NCBI GenBank assembly: GCA_035564115.1
Contig: DATMTN010000012.1
Span: 25,673 to 89,672, forward strand
Origin: Candidatus Microsaccharimonas sp.
GTDB taxonomy: Bacteria; Patescibacteriota; Saccharimonadia; Saccharimonadales; UBA4665
DNA length: 64,000 nucleotides
Direction: 5' to 3'
The notes beneath the pieces are model-generated. The model saw only the letters and a list, made by a program, of their open reading frames with translations. It was not told the DNA's origin and did not search any database. The stretch's first letter is position 1; each line of letters opens with the position of its first letter. This document shows positions 33,662 to 42,953 of the stretch, one piece after another. A program made the position numbers and the translations under genes.

Positions 33662-34063
33662 ATGGCCCTTATCAAAACCGCGCGTGCAATCCTGCTTAAC
33701 CCTGAACGACAGGTCCTACTAGCGCGTCGTCCATGGACCAGCAAGAGTCGACCGGGCCAACTCGACTTTTTTGGTGGTCGGAGTAACGGCGGTGAGTCGT
33801 CGGTCCAGACTGCGATTCGCGAGACGCTGGAGGAGTCAGCGATTGATCTGACGGGCGCCAAACTCGAACAGGTGTACCGGGTTATTGAGCGCGACGGTCC
33901 CAATCAGTATCTCCGGGAGTACTTCCGAGCAATCATACCGGAATTTCCGACTGCAACCTTAACTGAGCATGTGAGTCAGCTTATTCTGCCCGGTTTGGTC
34001 GCCGTTGAGGAGCTATCATTTGCGCCACATCGCAACGCCCTCACGAACGCCCTGGGCGCATAG
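33662..34063 (+). CDS. Nudix hydrolase
   Basis: The Nudix box is GGRSNGGESSVQTAIRETLEESAI. TGGTATAAT lies at 33621-29. Confidence 0.7.
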   Translation: MALIKTARAILLNPERQVLLARRPWTSKSRPGQLDFFGGRSNGGESSVQTAIRETLEESAIDLTGAKLEQVYRVIERDGPNQYLREYFRAIIPEFPTATLTEHVSQLILPGLVAVEELSFAPHRNALTNALGA

Positions 34064-34066
34064 CTG

Positions 34067-34112
34067 TTGCATCCCGTTACGCTTGTATTTACAATAGATA
34101 CCATAAGCGTAA
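34067..34112 (+). promoter_or_regulatory. Sigma-70-type promoter of the gap operon with a flanking inverted repeat
   Basis: TTGCAT (34067-72), a 17-nt spacer, then TACAAT (34090-95). The inverted repeat TTACGCTT (34077-84) / AAGCGTAA (34105-12) brackets the -10. Confidence 0.5.
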
Positions 34113-34129
34113 TAAAAGGGTAACGACAG

Positions 34130-35170
34130 ATGAAAACACGGGTGGCTATAAATGGCTTTGGCCGAATTGGGCGTAACGCCTTCAAGATTACGTTCGCACG
34201 CACGGACTGCGAAATCGTCGCAATTAACGACTTAACAGATACCAAAACTCTAGCGTATCTGCTCAAGCACGATAGTAATTACGGCACGTACGACAAGGAA
34301 GTTAGTTTCGACGAAAAGGGCATTATTGTCGACGGCAAGCACATTGCCGTCCTGGCCGAGAGGGATCCAGCAGCCTTGCCCTGGGGCGAGCACAAAATCG
34401 ACGTCGTCATCGAATCAACCGGTCGCTTCACTGACAAGGATAGTGCTAGCTTGCACATTCAGGCTGGTGCCCGCCGGGTAGTTATCTCTGGCCCGACTAA
34501 AAGTGACGGCGTGGACACTATCGTACTTGGTGCCAACGACGACAAGCTCGAGGGCGCAACCGAAGTCATTAGCAACGCCAGCTGTACAACCAACTCGCTC
34601 GGTGCAGTCATGGCTATCATGGACGCAGAGTTTGGCGTCGAGAAGTCGCTGCTCACCACCGTGCATAGCTACACTCAGAGTCAGATGCTCCAGGATGCCC
34701 CAGCCAAGGACCTGCGCGAAGGCCGTAACGCTGCCGAGAACATTGTGCCCACCACCACTGGTGCCGCCATTGCCGTCACCTTGACTCTGCCACAACTAAA
34801 GGACAAGTTCGACGGGCTGAGTATTCGTGTACCAACCCCGGTTGTTTCTATCAGTGACATCACGCTGCTGCTCAAGCGCTCAACGAGTGTCGACGAGATT
34901 AACGCTGTCTTCAAGAAAGCTGCCAAGGATCCTTTCTATCAAGGTATCCTGGGTGTTTCCGAGGAACCACTAGTGAGCTCGGACTACATTGGTAACAGCC
35001 ACTCCGGCACGGTTGACCTACTGCTCACGAAAGTCGTTGGTGGTAACCTGGCGAAGGTCATGGTCTGGTACGACAACGAATGGGGCTACAGCAACCGCTT
35101 AGTAGAAGTTGTCGCTGACACCGGCAAGCACTTGCACAAAAAGGAAGACCACGCCGGCCACCACGAATAG
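34130..35170 (+). CDS. gap: Type I glyceraldehyde-3-phosphate dehydrogenase
   Basis: NAD-binding motif INGFGRIGRN and active site SNASCTTNS. Confidence 0.95.
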   Translation: MKTRVAINGFGRIGRNAFKITFARTDCEIVAINDLTDTKTLAYLLKHDSNYGTYDKEVSFDEKGIIVDGKHIAVLAERDPAALPWGEHKIDVVIESTGRFTDKDSASLHIQAGARRVVISGPTKSDGVDTIVLGANDDKLEGATEVISNASCTTNSLGAVMAIMDAEFGVEKSLLTTVHSYTQSQMLQDAPAKDLREGRNAAENIVPTTTGAAIAVTLTLPQLKDKFDGLSIRVPTPVVSISDITLLLKRSTSVDEINAVFKKAAKDPFYQGILGVSEEPLVSSDYIGNSHSGTVDLLLTKVVGGNLAKVMVWYDNEWGYSNRLVEVVADTGKHLHKKEDHAGHHE

Positions 35171-35182
35171 GTCAGGGACAAT

Positions 35183-35629
35183 ATGAAGATTTACATTGGC
35201 GCTGATCATAACGGATTCGAGTTCAGACAGCAGGTGGCTGACTTCTTAGCTCGTTCCGGACACGAAGTTGTGGACGAGGGTGACACTCAACTCGATCCGC
35301 AAGACGACTATCCGCAGTTTGCTGGTCGGACTGTCAACGCATTGCTGGCTGATGGTGACCCAGAGTCTCGGGCAGTGCTGATCTGTGGCAGCGGGCAGGG
35401 CATGTGTATCGCTGCCAACCGTTTTAAGGGTATTCGAGCGTGTGTATGTCTCGACGCCCATGAAGCGCGGGTAGCGCGCAATGATGACGATTGCAACGTC
35501 CTGTGCTTGCCAGCCCGCATGATGTCGGCCCAGGAGGCTGAGCCAATTATTAGCGCCTGGCTCCGCACGCCTTTCGCAGGTGCTGACAGATTTAAGCGTA
35601 GAATAAAAGAGTTAGACGAGTTGAACTAA
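35183..35629 (+). CDS. rpiB: Ribose-5-phosphate isomerase B
   Basis: MKIYIGADHNGFEF and CGSGQGMCIAANR match the RpiB/LacAB pattern. Confidence 0.9.
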   Translation: MKIYIGADHNGFEFRQQVADFLARSGHEVVDEGDTQLDPQDDYPQFAGRTVNALLADGDPESRAVLICGSGQGMCIAANRFKGIRACVCLDAHEARVARNDDDCNVLCLPARMMSAQEAEPIISAWLRTPFAGADRFKRRIKELDELN

Positions 35630-35632
35630 GCC

Positions 35633-36274
35633 ATGCACAATGTGAGCATTTGCCCGACTATAACCGCCGAAACGCCCGATGAGTATATGGAGCAGATGGA
35701 GCGTGTTGAGTCGTTTGCGACGCGTATCCATGTCGATCTGACAGATGGTGATTTCGCCCCGCACAAGCTGGTGAACTTCGACCAAGTCTGGTGGCGCGGT
35801 AACCGTACCATCGACCTGCACGTTATGCACCGCTACCCAGTTGACCATGCCGAGATTATCTTAGCCATGGCACCACGACTTGTCATCGTGCATGCCGAAG
35901 CTGAGGGCAATTTAATGAACTTCATTGATCACCTTCATCGCCACGGTATTGAAGTCGGACTGGCATTGTTACAGCGGACTCGCATCGAAGATATTGCCCC
36001 GGCACTCGAAGCCATTGATCATTTGTTAATCTTCTCGGGTAATTTGGGTTACCAAGGTGGCAGCGAAGCTGATATGGATTTGCTCAGCAAAGTTAAAAAA
36101 GCTAAAGAGCTTAATCCACGTATCGAAGTCGGCTGGGATGGTGGTGTAAATGATCAGAACATTCGTGAAATTGCCGAAGCTGGTGTTGACGTCATAAATG
36201 TCGGTGGGTTTATTCAGAAGTCCGAAAACCCGGCCAAAGCCTATGCTACACTAAAAGCATTAGCCCAATACTGA
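35633..36274 (+). CDS. rpe: Ribulose-phosphate 3-epimerase-like TIM-barrel protein (divergent)
   Basis: IHVDLTDGDFAP resembles the Rpe motif HxDxMDGxFVP. DLHVM and a C-terminal GG..D motif are present, and the gene sits in a pentose-phosphate context. Confidence 0.55.
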   Translation: MHNVSICPTITAETPDEYMEQMERVESFATRIHVDLTDGDFAPHKLVNFDQVWWRGNRTIDLHVMHRYPVDHAEIILAMAPRLVIVHAEAEGNLMNFIDHLHRHGIEVGLALLQRTRIEDIAPALEAIDHLLIFSGNLGYQGGSEADMDLLSKVKKAKELNPRIEVGWDGGVNDQNIREIAEAGVDVINVGGFIQKSENPAKAYATLKALAQY

Positions 36275-36287
36275 GGTAACATCGAGC

Positions 36288-37145
36288 GTGGCACAGACTT
36301 ATTCCCTAGATGCATTAGAACAAATCGCCGAGACTATCCGTGAGGATATTATTCGGATGCTCGAAGAAGCGGGTAGTGGGCACAGCGCCGGCCCGTTAGG
36401 CCTAGCCGACATCTTTACGGCTTTGTACTTTAGCGTGCTCAAGCACGACCCAAAGAACCCTGACTGGAATGAGCGCGACATCCTGCTGCTCAGCAATGGC
36501 CACTGTGTGCCGGTACGCTATGCGGCCATGGCCGAAGCCGGCTACTTCCCGAAGAAAGAGCTAATGACGCTGCGTAAACTTGGTTCGCGCCTCCAGGGTC
36601 ACCCGGAGCGTACCAAGTTGCCCGGACTCGAAAACACCAGTGGACCACTTGGCTCTGGCCTCAGCCAAGCGTGCGGGATGGCCCTGGCCTTGCGCATGAA
36701 CAAACAGCCACACCGTAACGTGTACGTAGTAATGGGCGACGGCGAGCAGGATGAGGGCAATGTCTGGGAAGCGGCGATGCTGGCCGGAAAATACCGGCTC
36801 GACAACGTGATTGCCATCACCGACCGCAACAACATCCAGATTGACGGTTTTACCGAAGATGTCATGCCGCTGGAAGACTTCCGTGGCAAGTGGGAAGCCT
36901 TTGGCTGGCACGTCATCGAGATTGATGGCAATGATATCGAAGCCGTCATCGACGCCTGTGCTATGGCCCGGGCTATCCATGAAAAACCGGTTATGATTGT
37001 GGCGCACACCATCCCAGGCAAGGGCGTTGACTTCATGGAGAATGATTTCCACTGGCATGGCATGCCACCGAACCACGAACAAGCCAAAGAGGCACTCCAC
37101 GAACTCCGCACCCTAAAGGGTAAGATCCGAGGTGAACATGAATAA
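36288..37145 (+). CDS. Transketolase, N-terminal (TPP-binding) subunit
   Basis: GTG start. Motifs GSGHSAGPLGLADI and GDGEQDEGNVWEA are present. The protein has half-size split-Tkt architecture. Confidence 0.9.
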   Translation: MAQTYSLDALEQIAETIREDIIRMLEEAGSGHSAGPLGLADIFTALYFSVLKHDPKNPDWNERDILLLSNGHCVPVRYAAMAEAGYFPKKELMTLRKLGSRLQGHPERTKLPGLENTSGPLGSGLSQACGMALALRMNKQPHRNVYVVMGDGEQDEGNVWEAAMLAGKYRLDNVIAITDRNNIQIDGFTEDVMPLEDFRGKWEAFGWHVIEIDGNDIEAVIDACAMARAIHEKPVMIVAHTIPGKGVDFMENDFHWHGMPPNHEQAKEALHELRTLKGKIRGEHE

Positions 37146-37422
37146 ACGCCCACTTATTGCTGCACTAGCAGCCTTTACGATCGCTTTTTTTGCACCAATC
37201 TGGAGTGTGGCAATCGCCTTGTCGGGAACGAATAGCGACACGCAGCAATACGGCGGAATACAGACTGCTGTGATGGGGGTTTTTAATCTTCTGTTCGTTA
37301 TCCCATCACTAGTATTCTTACTTATTGGGCGCAAGAAACAGTCGTTTTATACCGTAAGTATCGCATTGTCTATATGTAGTATTGCGGCAATGTGTGTATG
37401 GGCGTTTGGAGCATCATCATGA
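37138..37422 (+). CDS. Small 3-TM membrane protein inserted between the transketolase halves
   Basis: The ATG at 37138 follows a GAGGT Shine-Dalgarno (the track starts at a GTG at 37132). It overlaps the tktN stop, and its own stop overlaps the tktC ATG (ATGA). Three hydrophobic helices are visible, with an RKKQ loop. Confidence 0.5.
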   Translation: MNKRPLIAALAAFTIAFFAPIWSVAIALSGTNSDTQQYGGIQTAVMGVFNLLFVIPSLVFLLIGRKKQSFYTVSIALSICSIAAMCVWAFGASS

Positions 37423-38393
37423 GTGATTTGCATCTGAAAGATATTGCTAAAAAGCTCGAGGCGGAGCCGATTCGTAAGGGGTTTGGGCGTGGGCTTAAGA
37501 AGGCTGGTGAGCTCGACGTGAATGTCGTGGCGGCCTGTGCTGACCTGACTGATTCGACGCAGATTAGTATGTTCAAAGAAGAATTCCCTGATCGGTTCAT
37601 TGAGATCGGCGTGGCCGAGCAGAACCTCGTTACTGTAGGCTCGGGCCTAGCGGCCATGGGCAAGATACCATTTGTCAGCAGTTACGCTGCCTTCATGCCA
37701 GGTCGCTGCTGGGAGCAGATTCGCACCACGATCTGCCTGAATGACCAGCCGGTCAAATTGGTCGGTTCACATGCTGGTGTATCGGTCGGCCCCGATGGTG
37801 CCACGCACCAGATGCTCGAGGATGTTGCCCTAATGCGTGCCCTGCCAAACATGGTGGTACTCGCCCCATGCGACAGCGTGGAAGCCGAGAAAATGACGCT
37901 CGCCATGGCTCGTGACAAGCGTCCAAACTATGTACGTCTGGCCCGCGAAGCGACACCGATTATCACCACCGACAAAACACCGTTTGAAATCGGCAAGGCC
38001 TATGTCTACGAGCAGGGCTCAGATGTCACCATCATTGCCACCGGTACTATGACCTACCAGGCACTGCTGGCTGCCGAACAGCTCTACAAGGACGGCATCG
38101 AGGCCGAGGTAGTGCACGTGCCGACCATCAAGCCACTGGACGAAGCCACGATTCTGAAGAGCGTCAAAAAGACTGGCGCGGTGGTGACAGCCGAAGAAGG
38201 TCAGATTACTGGCGGTCTCGGCGGTGCAATTGCCGAACTACTGAGCGAAAACCACCCGGTGCCTCTTAAACGTGTCGGGATGATGAACCGCTTCGGTGAG
38301 TCTGGCGAGCCAAATGAGCTTCTCGAACATTTCGGCCTCGATGCGAAGCATATTCGTCTGGCGGCTCATCATGTCGTAGAAAAGAAGAAATAA
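37419..38393 (+). CDS. Transketolase, C-terminal (pyrimidine-binding) subunit
   Basis: The sequence includes MSDLHLKDIAKK and FIEIGVAEQNLVTVGSGLA. The C-terminal domain is present. Confidence 0.9.
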   Translation: MSDLHLKDIAKKLEAEPIRKGFGRGLKKAGELDVNVVAACADLTDSTQISMFKEEFPDRFIEIGVAEQNLVTVGSGLAAMGKIPFVSSYAAFMPGRCWEQIRTTICLNDQPVKLVGSHAGVSVGPDGATHQMLEDVALMRALPNMVVLAPCDSVEAEKMTLAMARDKRPNYVRLAREATPIITTDKTPFEIGKAYVYEQGSDVTIIATGTMTYQALLAAEQLYKDGIEAEVVHVPTIKPLDEATILKSVKKTGAVVTAEEGQITGGLGGAIAELLSENHPVPLKRVGMMNRFGESGEPNELLEHFGLDAKHIRLAAHHVVEKKK

Positions 38394-38396
38394 CGC

Positions 38397-38972
38397 ATGC
38401 CAAAGTCAAAACAAACAGCCCAACCGAAACAGTACTTCACGAATATTTCACGCAAGCTGGTGTATAGCTGCTTGGCTGCGTTCGCACTCATCGCCCTCGC
38501 ACTGTTTTTGTGCGTACCGCACTACAAGCCGTTGAAGCTCGCCAGTACCCAGCAGATCATGGATGCACATCGAGACATCATTCATGCATATTTTGTCAGT
38601 GAAACTACCTGTGTCAACGATACAGTCGACAAAGCCACCCGGGTAAAAACCTTCAACAAGTATTTTGCAGTCAACCAATACGCCAATCGAGCCGTCATGC
38701 GCGGCTGTCACGATGTTGATACGCTCCTTGCAAAGGACGACAGCGGCAAGTGGCAGCCAGTCGACATCGTCGTGGAGCTGGACGGTGGTCTGCCGGATAG
38801 CATTAATAATGCGTGTTTAACGCGAGACATCATCAAACACAATAATCTTGGTTTTTCTGATCCCGGCGTTATGGCCACGCAAGTTCCAAGGTATCAAAGA
38901 GTCTGCGAACGTTTAGCAAAACAGAGCTATGTTGAGGTACACTGGAACCAAAGTATGCAATTTCATTTCTAG
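38397..38972 (+). CDS. Hypothetical membrane-anchored protein (four Cys)
   Basis: One N-terminal TM helix. No motif was recognised. The gene is embedded in the central-carbon operon. Confidence 0.4.
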   Translation: MPKSKQTAQPKQYFTNISRKLVYSCLAAFALIALALFLCVPHYKPLKLASTQQIMDAHRDIIHAYFVSETTCVNDTVDKATRVKTFNKYFAVNQYANRAVMRGCHDVDTLLAKDDSGKWQPVDIVVELDGGLPDSINNACLTRDIIKHNNLGFSDPGVMATQVPRYQRVCERLAKQSYVEVHWNQSMQFHF

Positions 38973-38983
38973 GGAGGGCGAGA

Positions 38984-39898
38984 ATGGCACTATCATTACA
39001 GGAAATTCGGGATAACTGTGCAAAGGCACGAGCCAGCATGGCACGGGCGCGCGCCGAAAAGTGGGCCTTTGGTGCCTTCAACCTTGACGACGAGCCAACA
39101 CTGAAGGCGGTGGCACTGGCGGCGCAGAAGCTCAAGGCACCGATCCTGGTCGAAGTCAGCCAGGGTGAAGTCGATACGATCGGCCTCGACAATGTTCGTG
39201 ACATGGTCGACAACTTCAAGCGTGACTACGATTTGGAGATGTACATCAACCTCGATCACAGTCCGAGCATTGAGGCTGCCAAGAAGGGCATCGACGCCGG
39301 TTTCGAGTTCATTCATATTGATGTTTCTCAGGCTAACCACGACGCGTCGGACGAAGACATCATCAATGCCACCCGCGAAATTGTCGAGTACGCTAAATTT
39401 ACCGGTGCGCTGGTCGAAAGCGAACCACACTATTTCGGTGGCAGCTCCAATGTTCACACCGAAGACATTAACTACGACGAGATAAAGAAGACTTTTAGCA
39501 CACCAGAAGGCGCGAAGCACTTTGCTGAAGCTACTGGTATCGATACGTTTGCGGCGGCGATCGGCAATCTGCACGGGAAATACCCTGTGCCAAAAGTGCT
39601 CGATTTAGACCTCCTCCAAAAAATCCGTGATGCAATTCAATGTAACATCAGCCTGCATGGTGGTAGCGACACACCAGGGCACTATTTTGCGAGTGCGGTG
39701 CAAATCGGCGTGACGAAGATTAACATCAACAGTGACATGCGCTACGCCTACCGGAAGGCGCTTGAGAAAGTCATGGCGGATGAGCCCGGCGAATATTCGA
39801 TTGCTAAACTGATCGAGAAAGCCGTAGTGCCAGAAGTTCAGAAGGTTATTGAAGCCAAACTAGCAGATTTCAACTCGAGTGGTAAAGCTCAAGTTTAA
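38984..39898 (+). CDS. fba: Class II fructose-bisphosphate aldolase
   Basis: GGGAGGG Shine-Dalgarno upstream. Motifs FNLDD, NLDHSPS, LHGGSDTP and KININSD match the class II aldolase pattern. Confidence 0.85.
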   Translation: MALSLQEIRDNCAKARASMARARAEKWAFGAFNLDDEPTLKAVALAAQKLKAPILVEVSQGEVDTIGLDNVRDMVDNFKRDYDLEMYINLDHSPSIEAAKKGIDAGFEFIHIDVSQANHDASDEDIINATREIVEYAKFTGALVESEPHYFGGSSNVHTEDINYDEIKKTFSTPEGAKHFAEATGIDTFAAAIGNLHGKYPVPKVLDLDLLQKIRDAIQCNISLHGGSDTPGHYFASAVQIGVTKININSDMRYAYRKALEKVMADEPGEYSIAKLIEKAVVPEVQKVIEAKLADFNSSGKAQV

Positions 39899-39957
39899 CT
39901 TGCGTCAAGCGTAACCGCTATGGCACAATAAAGAAAATAGCATTAGAAAGTGGTGGG

Positions 39958-40965
39958 ATGAGCGACAGTACACAATTTGACGTCATGAGTATCGGTGACA
40001 TTGTGACCGATGATTTTATTAAGCTGATCAACGAGGACGCGCACACCTACGAGAACGATCACGGTAAGTGGCTGGCGATGCAGTTTGGCACCAAACTGCC
40101 GTTTGACCACCGGGAAGTGCTTGAGGCTGTCGGGAATGCCTCCAATGCCGCTGTCGCTTTTGCGCGGCTGGGTCTGAAGACTTCCTTTGCTACCAATGTC
40201 GGTGGTGACTCCTATGGCCGCGATATGATTAATACCCTCGGCAAGAACGGTGTTGACCACCGCTTCGTCACTATCAACCCCGGCAAGATTAGCAACTACC
40301 ACTTCGTACTGTGGTACAAGGACGAGCGGACGATCCTGATCAAGCATGAAAACTACGATTACCACTGGCCGCACATCAAGCAGACTGAAGTGCCAAAGTG
40401 GGTCTACTTTAGCTCGATCTCTGACCACGCCATCGAGTACCACGATGAGGTGGCTGATTGGCTCGACAAAAATCCAAGCGTCAAACTGGCCTTCCAGCCG
40501 GGTACCTTCCAGATGGCTGCCGGCACCGAACGGTTGAAGCGCATCTACCAGCGCAGCGAGATTATTTTCCTGAACCGTGAGGAAGCCGTGTTTGTGACCG
40601 GTGGTAGTTACGATAACCTACACGACTTGCTGGACCGACTGCACGGTTTGGGCGCTAAAATCGCTGTCATTACCGACGGTCCTGATGGCGCGTACGCTTC
40701 CGACGGTCAGCAGCGCCTGAAGATGCCTCTTTACCCTGACCCCGCACCACCGTACGAGCGCACCGGCGCCGGTGACGCTTTCGCTTCTACATTTGTGGCA
40801 GCGCTGGCCAAGGGCAACACCCTCGAAGGTGCACTGCAGTGGGCACCAATCAACTCGATGAGTGTCGTCCAAAAAGTCGGTGCTCAGAACGGCCTCTTAA
40901 CCGAAGAAGAGCTGAACGAGTGGCTGCGTAAGGCACCCGACTGGTACAAAGCGACCAGTTTCTAA
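39958..40965 (+). CDS. PfkB-family carbohydrate kinase
   Basis: C-terminal signature TGAGDAFASTFVAAL. The N-terminal GD..D motif is also present. Confidence 0.8.
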   Translation: MSDSTQFDVMSIGDIVTDDFIKLINEDAHTYENDHGKWLAMQFGTKLPFDHREVLEAVGNASNAAVAFARLGLKTSFATNVGGDSYGRDMINTLGKNGVDHRFVTINPGKISNYHFVLWYKDERTILIKHENYDYHWPHIKQTEVPKWVYFSSISDHAIEYHDEVADWLDKNPSVKLAFQPGTFQMAAGTERLKRIYQRSEIIFLNREEAVFVTGGSYDNLHDLLDRLHGLGAKIAVITDGPDGAYASDGQQRLKMPLYPDPAPPYERTGAGDAFASTFVAALAKGNTLEGALQWAPINSMSVVQKVGAQNGLLTEEELNEWLRKAPDWYKATSF

Positions 40966-40988
40966 TACTTCTCACGACCTCTGTAACT

Positions 40989-41026
40989 ACACCCTTGGGC
41001 GGTCCGTCCTCCGAAGGGTGTTTTTG
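40989..41026 (+). terminator. Rho-independent terminator ending the gap-pfkB operon
   Basis: ACACCCTT...AAGGGTGT forms an 8-bp stem around an inner GGCGG-TCCGT-CCTCC element, followed by TTTTT. Confidence 0.7.
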
Positions 41027-41106
41027 CTAGTAGCGGGGTAATAGTATCGGATGGCTAGTTATATCTGTTGTATACCTTTCCGCTTCTGTTAAAATAAAGC
41101 ATAACT

Positions 41107-42336
41107 ATGACACGCACGTTGTCGGATATCTTGGGGACCGAGGAGCACCTGTTGCAGCAGGGGCTAAAGCGCCTGGAAAGCGCGAGTGGACATGGCAGCG
41201 CCGATGTACGCCTCACTGCCGACGTTCTGCAATCGAGCCAACGTAAGCTCAAGCAACTAGGGTTGGATCCGCATGATACGACGGGACAGGAGCTGTATGC
41301 GGTGCTCCGTCAGCGTTTGCAGGATGATGATGCACGCTTGCTGGCTGCGCTGCAGCAAAGCGCCGGGACCACTGACATTGTAGCCAGCATTGCGTATGCG
41401 CTGCGCACGGCTGAGGTGGCCAAAGGGACGTTTGCCCTCAAATCGACCGTCATAAAAGCGCTGCTGAAGAAGCATGCACCAAAGCAAACAATGCGCCAGC
41501 TGGGCTACCGGTCGCTTGACTCGATGCTGAAACACGAACAGTCAGCCAACCTGCTAGCCGCAGCGTGGCTGTTAGAGTCACTTACCTGGCGTAAGTCGCT
41601 ACACGAACACTACAAGCGACTTAAGCCGGCTGATTTCGAATCACGCGAAATTGCTATACTGGCGCCTGACAGCGAGCGCTGGCAGAAGCTCGCCAGTAAG
41701 TTGATAGAAGCTCACCAGCACACCGTAGTAGCCCTGAAAGAATCAGGTACGGTGGTGTTGCTACCATTGCCAGCCGAGATGCCTGAGGTGGTTACGACTG
41801 CCACTCTCGCATTGGCACTGCACAGTATGAATGAAATTCGAGCGGCTAGTACGTTCCTGAAACTCTGTCAGGTAAAGCCCGATTTTGGTGCGATCGTCCA
41901 GGAGGTAGTGGCCGATGAGCCGCAGTTGGCAACTGAGATGCTTGATCAGCAGGTGCCGTGGCAAATTATTCAGCGCTACTATGCTCGTTTTCGTGAGGCG
42001 TTTCGCAGTGAAGTCTTCGAGCCACATATTCAGGAACCAGATCTGAGCTGGCATAGTGTGGAGCAGGTATTGGAATCTATTGAGCCAAGTATGAGCTTCT
42101 GGCAAGACACCGCTCACCTGGGCATTATCGACGATCGCCAACCGGTTTCTATGAATCTGCTTGATGTAGCAATCGCTGCCTGTAACCATTTGCCATACGA
42201 ACAGCGGATCGTCCACTATCTGCGGCATTCCCTGCAGGCAGAACTACTGCTAAAATACCTTAAGCACGAAAACGTTGAACAAGCAGTTCTGGGCCAACTT
42301 GAGCCCGCATTTGCGACAGAACCGGTACGGATATAA
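41107..42336 (+). CDS. Hypothetical 409-aa soluble protein, first gene of the pilin operon
   Basis: Long ORF starting after a strong terminator. No TM helix and no motif was recognised. Confidence 0.5.
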   Translation: MTRTLSDILGTEEHLLQQGLKRLESASGHGSADVRLTADVLQSSQRKLKQLGLDPHDTTGQELYAVLRQRLQDDDARLLAALQQSAGTTDIVASIAYALRTAEVAKGTFALKSTVIKALLKKHAPKQTMRQLGYRSLDSMLKHEQSANLLAAAWLLESLTWRKSLHEHYKRLKPADFESREIAILAPDSERWQKLASKLIEAHQHTVVALKESGTVVLLPLPAEMPEVVTTATLALALHSMNEIRAASTFLKLCQVKPDFGAIVQEVVADEPQLATEMLDQQVPWQIIQRYYARFREAFRSEVFEPHIQEPDLSWHSVEQVLESIEPSMSFWQDTAHLGIIDDRQPVSMNLLDVAIAACNHLPYEQRIVHYLRHSLQAELLLKYLKHENVEQAVLGQLEPAFATEPVRI

Positions 42337-42352
42337 CAAAGAAAAGGGTGGC

Positions 42353-42931
42353 ATGAAGAAATCTCAATATCAGATCTGCGTCTCAGGGGCGGCTAAGGGC
42401 GCCAGCGTCGAAGAAGGCAAGGAACTCGCACGTGAGCTTGGGGCGGCTATTGCTCGGGCTGGGCACAGTCTGCTAACTGGCGCGACTATCGGGCTGCCAA
42501 ACTATGCCGCTGAAGGCTACAAAGCAGCTGGCGGCACTATGAGCGTCGGTATTAGTCCCGCCTCCAGCAAGATTGAACATGTCATGAAGTATCGCTTGCC
42601 GACCAAGGATTACGACACAATTCTCTACACGGGTTTGCATTACGTTGGTCGCGATACGCTACTTATTACCTCATCTGACGCAGTGGTGAGCATCGGTGGA
42701 CGCTTGGGCACATTGCACGAGTTTACGATTGCCATGGAGACGGACACGCCGATTGGCTTCCTGCAGGGCGCTGGTGGTGTGAGCGAGCAGATTCAGACAC
42801 TCATGGGGCTGGCGCATCCGCTGCGCCATGGAGCGTTCGTGACCTTCAACGAAAACGCGGACAAGCTGATTGCTGACCTAGCAAAATTCCTTGACGAGGA
42901 ACGAGCCGAGTACCATACTCTGTATCAGTAA
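42353..42931 (+). CDS. LOG/TIGR00725-like (SLOG-type Rossmann) nucleotide-binding protein
   Basis: Trimmed to MKKSQYQICVSGAA. GGRLGTLHEF matches the LOG motif GGxGTxxE. An AAGGGTGG Shine-Dalgarno lies upstream. Confidence 0.6.
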   Translation: MKKSQYQICVSGAAKGASVEEGKELARELGAAIARAGHSLLTGATIGLPNYAAEGYKAAGGTMSVGISPASSKIEHVMKYRLPTKDYDTILYTGLHYVGRDTLLITSSDAVVSIGGRLGTLHEFTIAMETDTPIGFLQGAGGVSEQIQTLMGLAHPLRHGAFVTFNENADKLIADLAKFLDEERAEYHTLYQ

Positions 42932-42953
42932 ACCTTAAGCGGAATTCAGCCTC

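Noticed and set aside
41051-41092. A 13-codon Cys-rich ORF (MASYICCIPFRFC) upstream of the pilin operon, considered as a possible leader peptide or RiPP precursor.
   Set aside because: The only candidate -10 is poor (TAATAG, lacking the invariant final T). The ORF overlaps the probable promoter of the 409-aa gene, and there are no adjacent modification enzymes. It cannot be supported from sequence alone.
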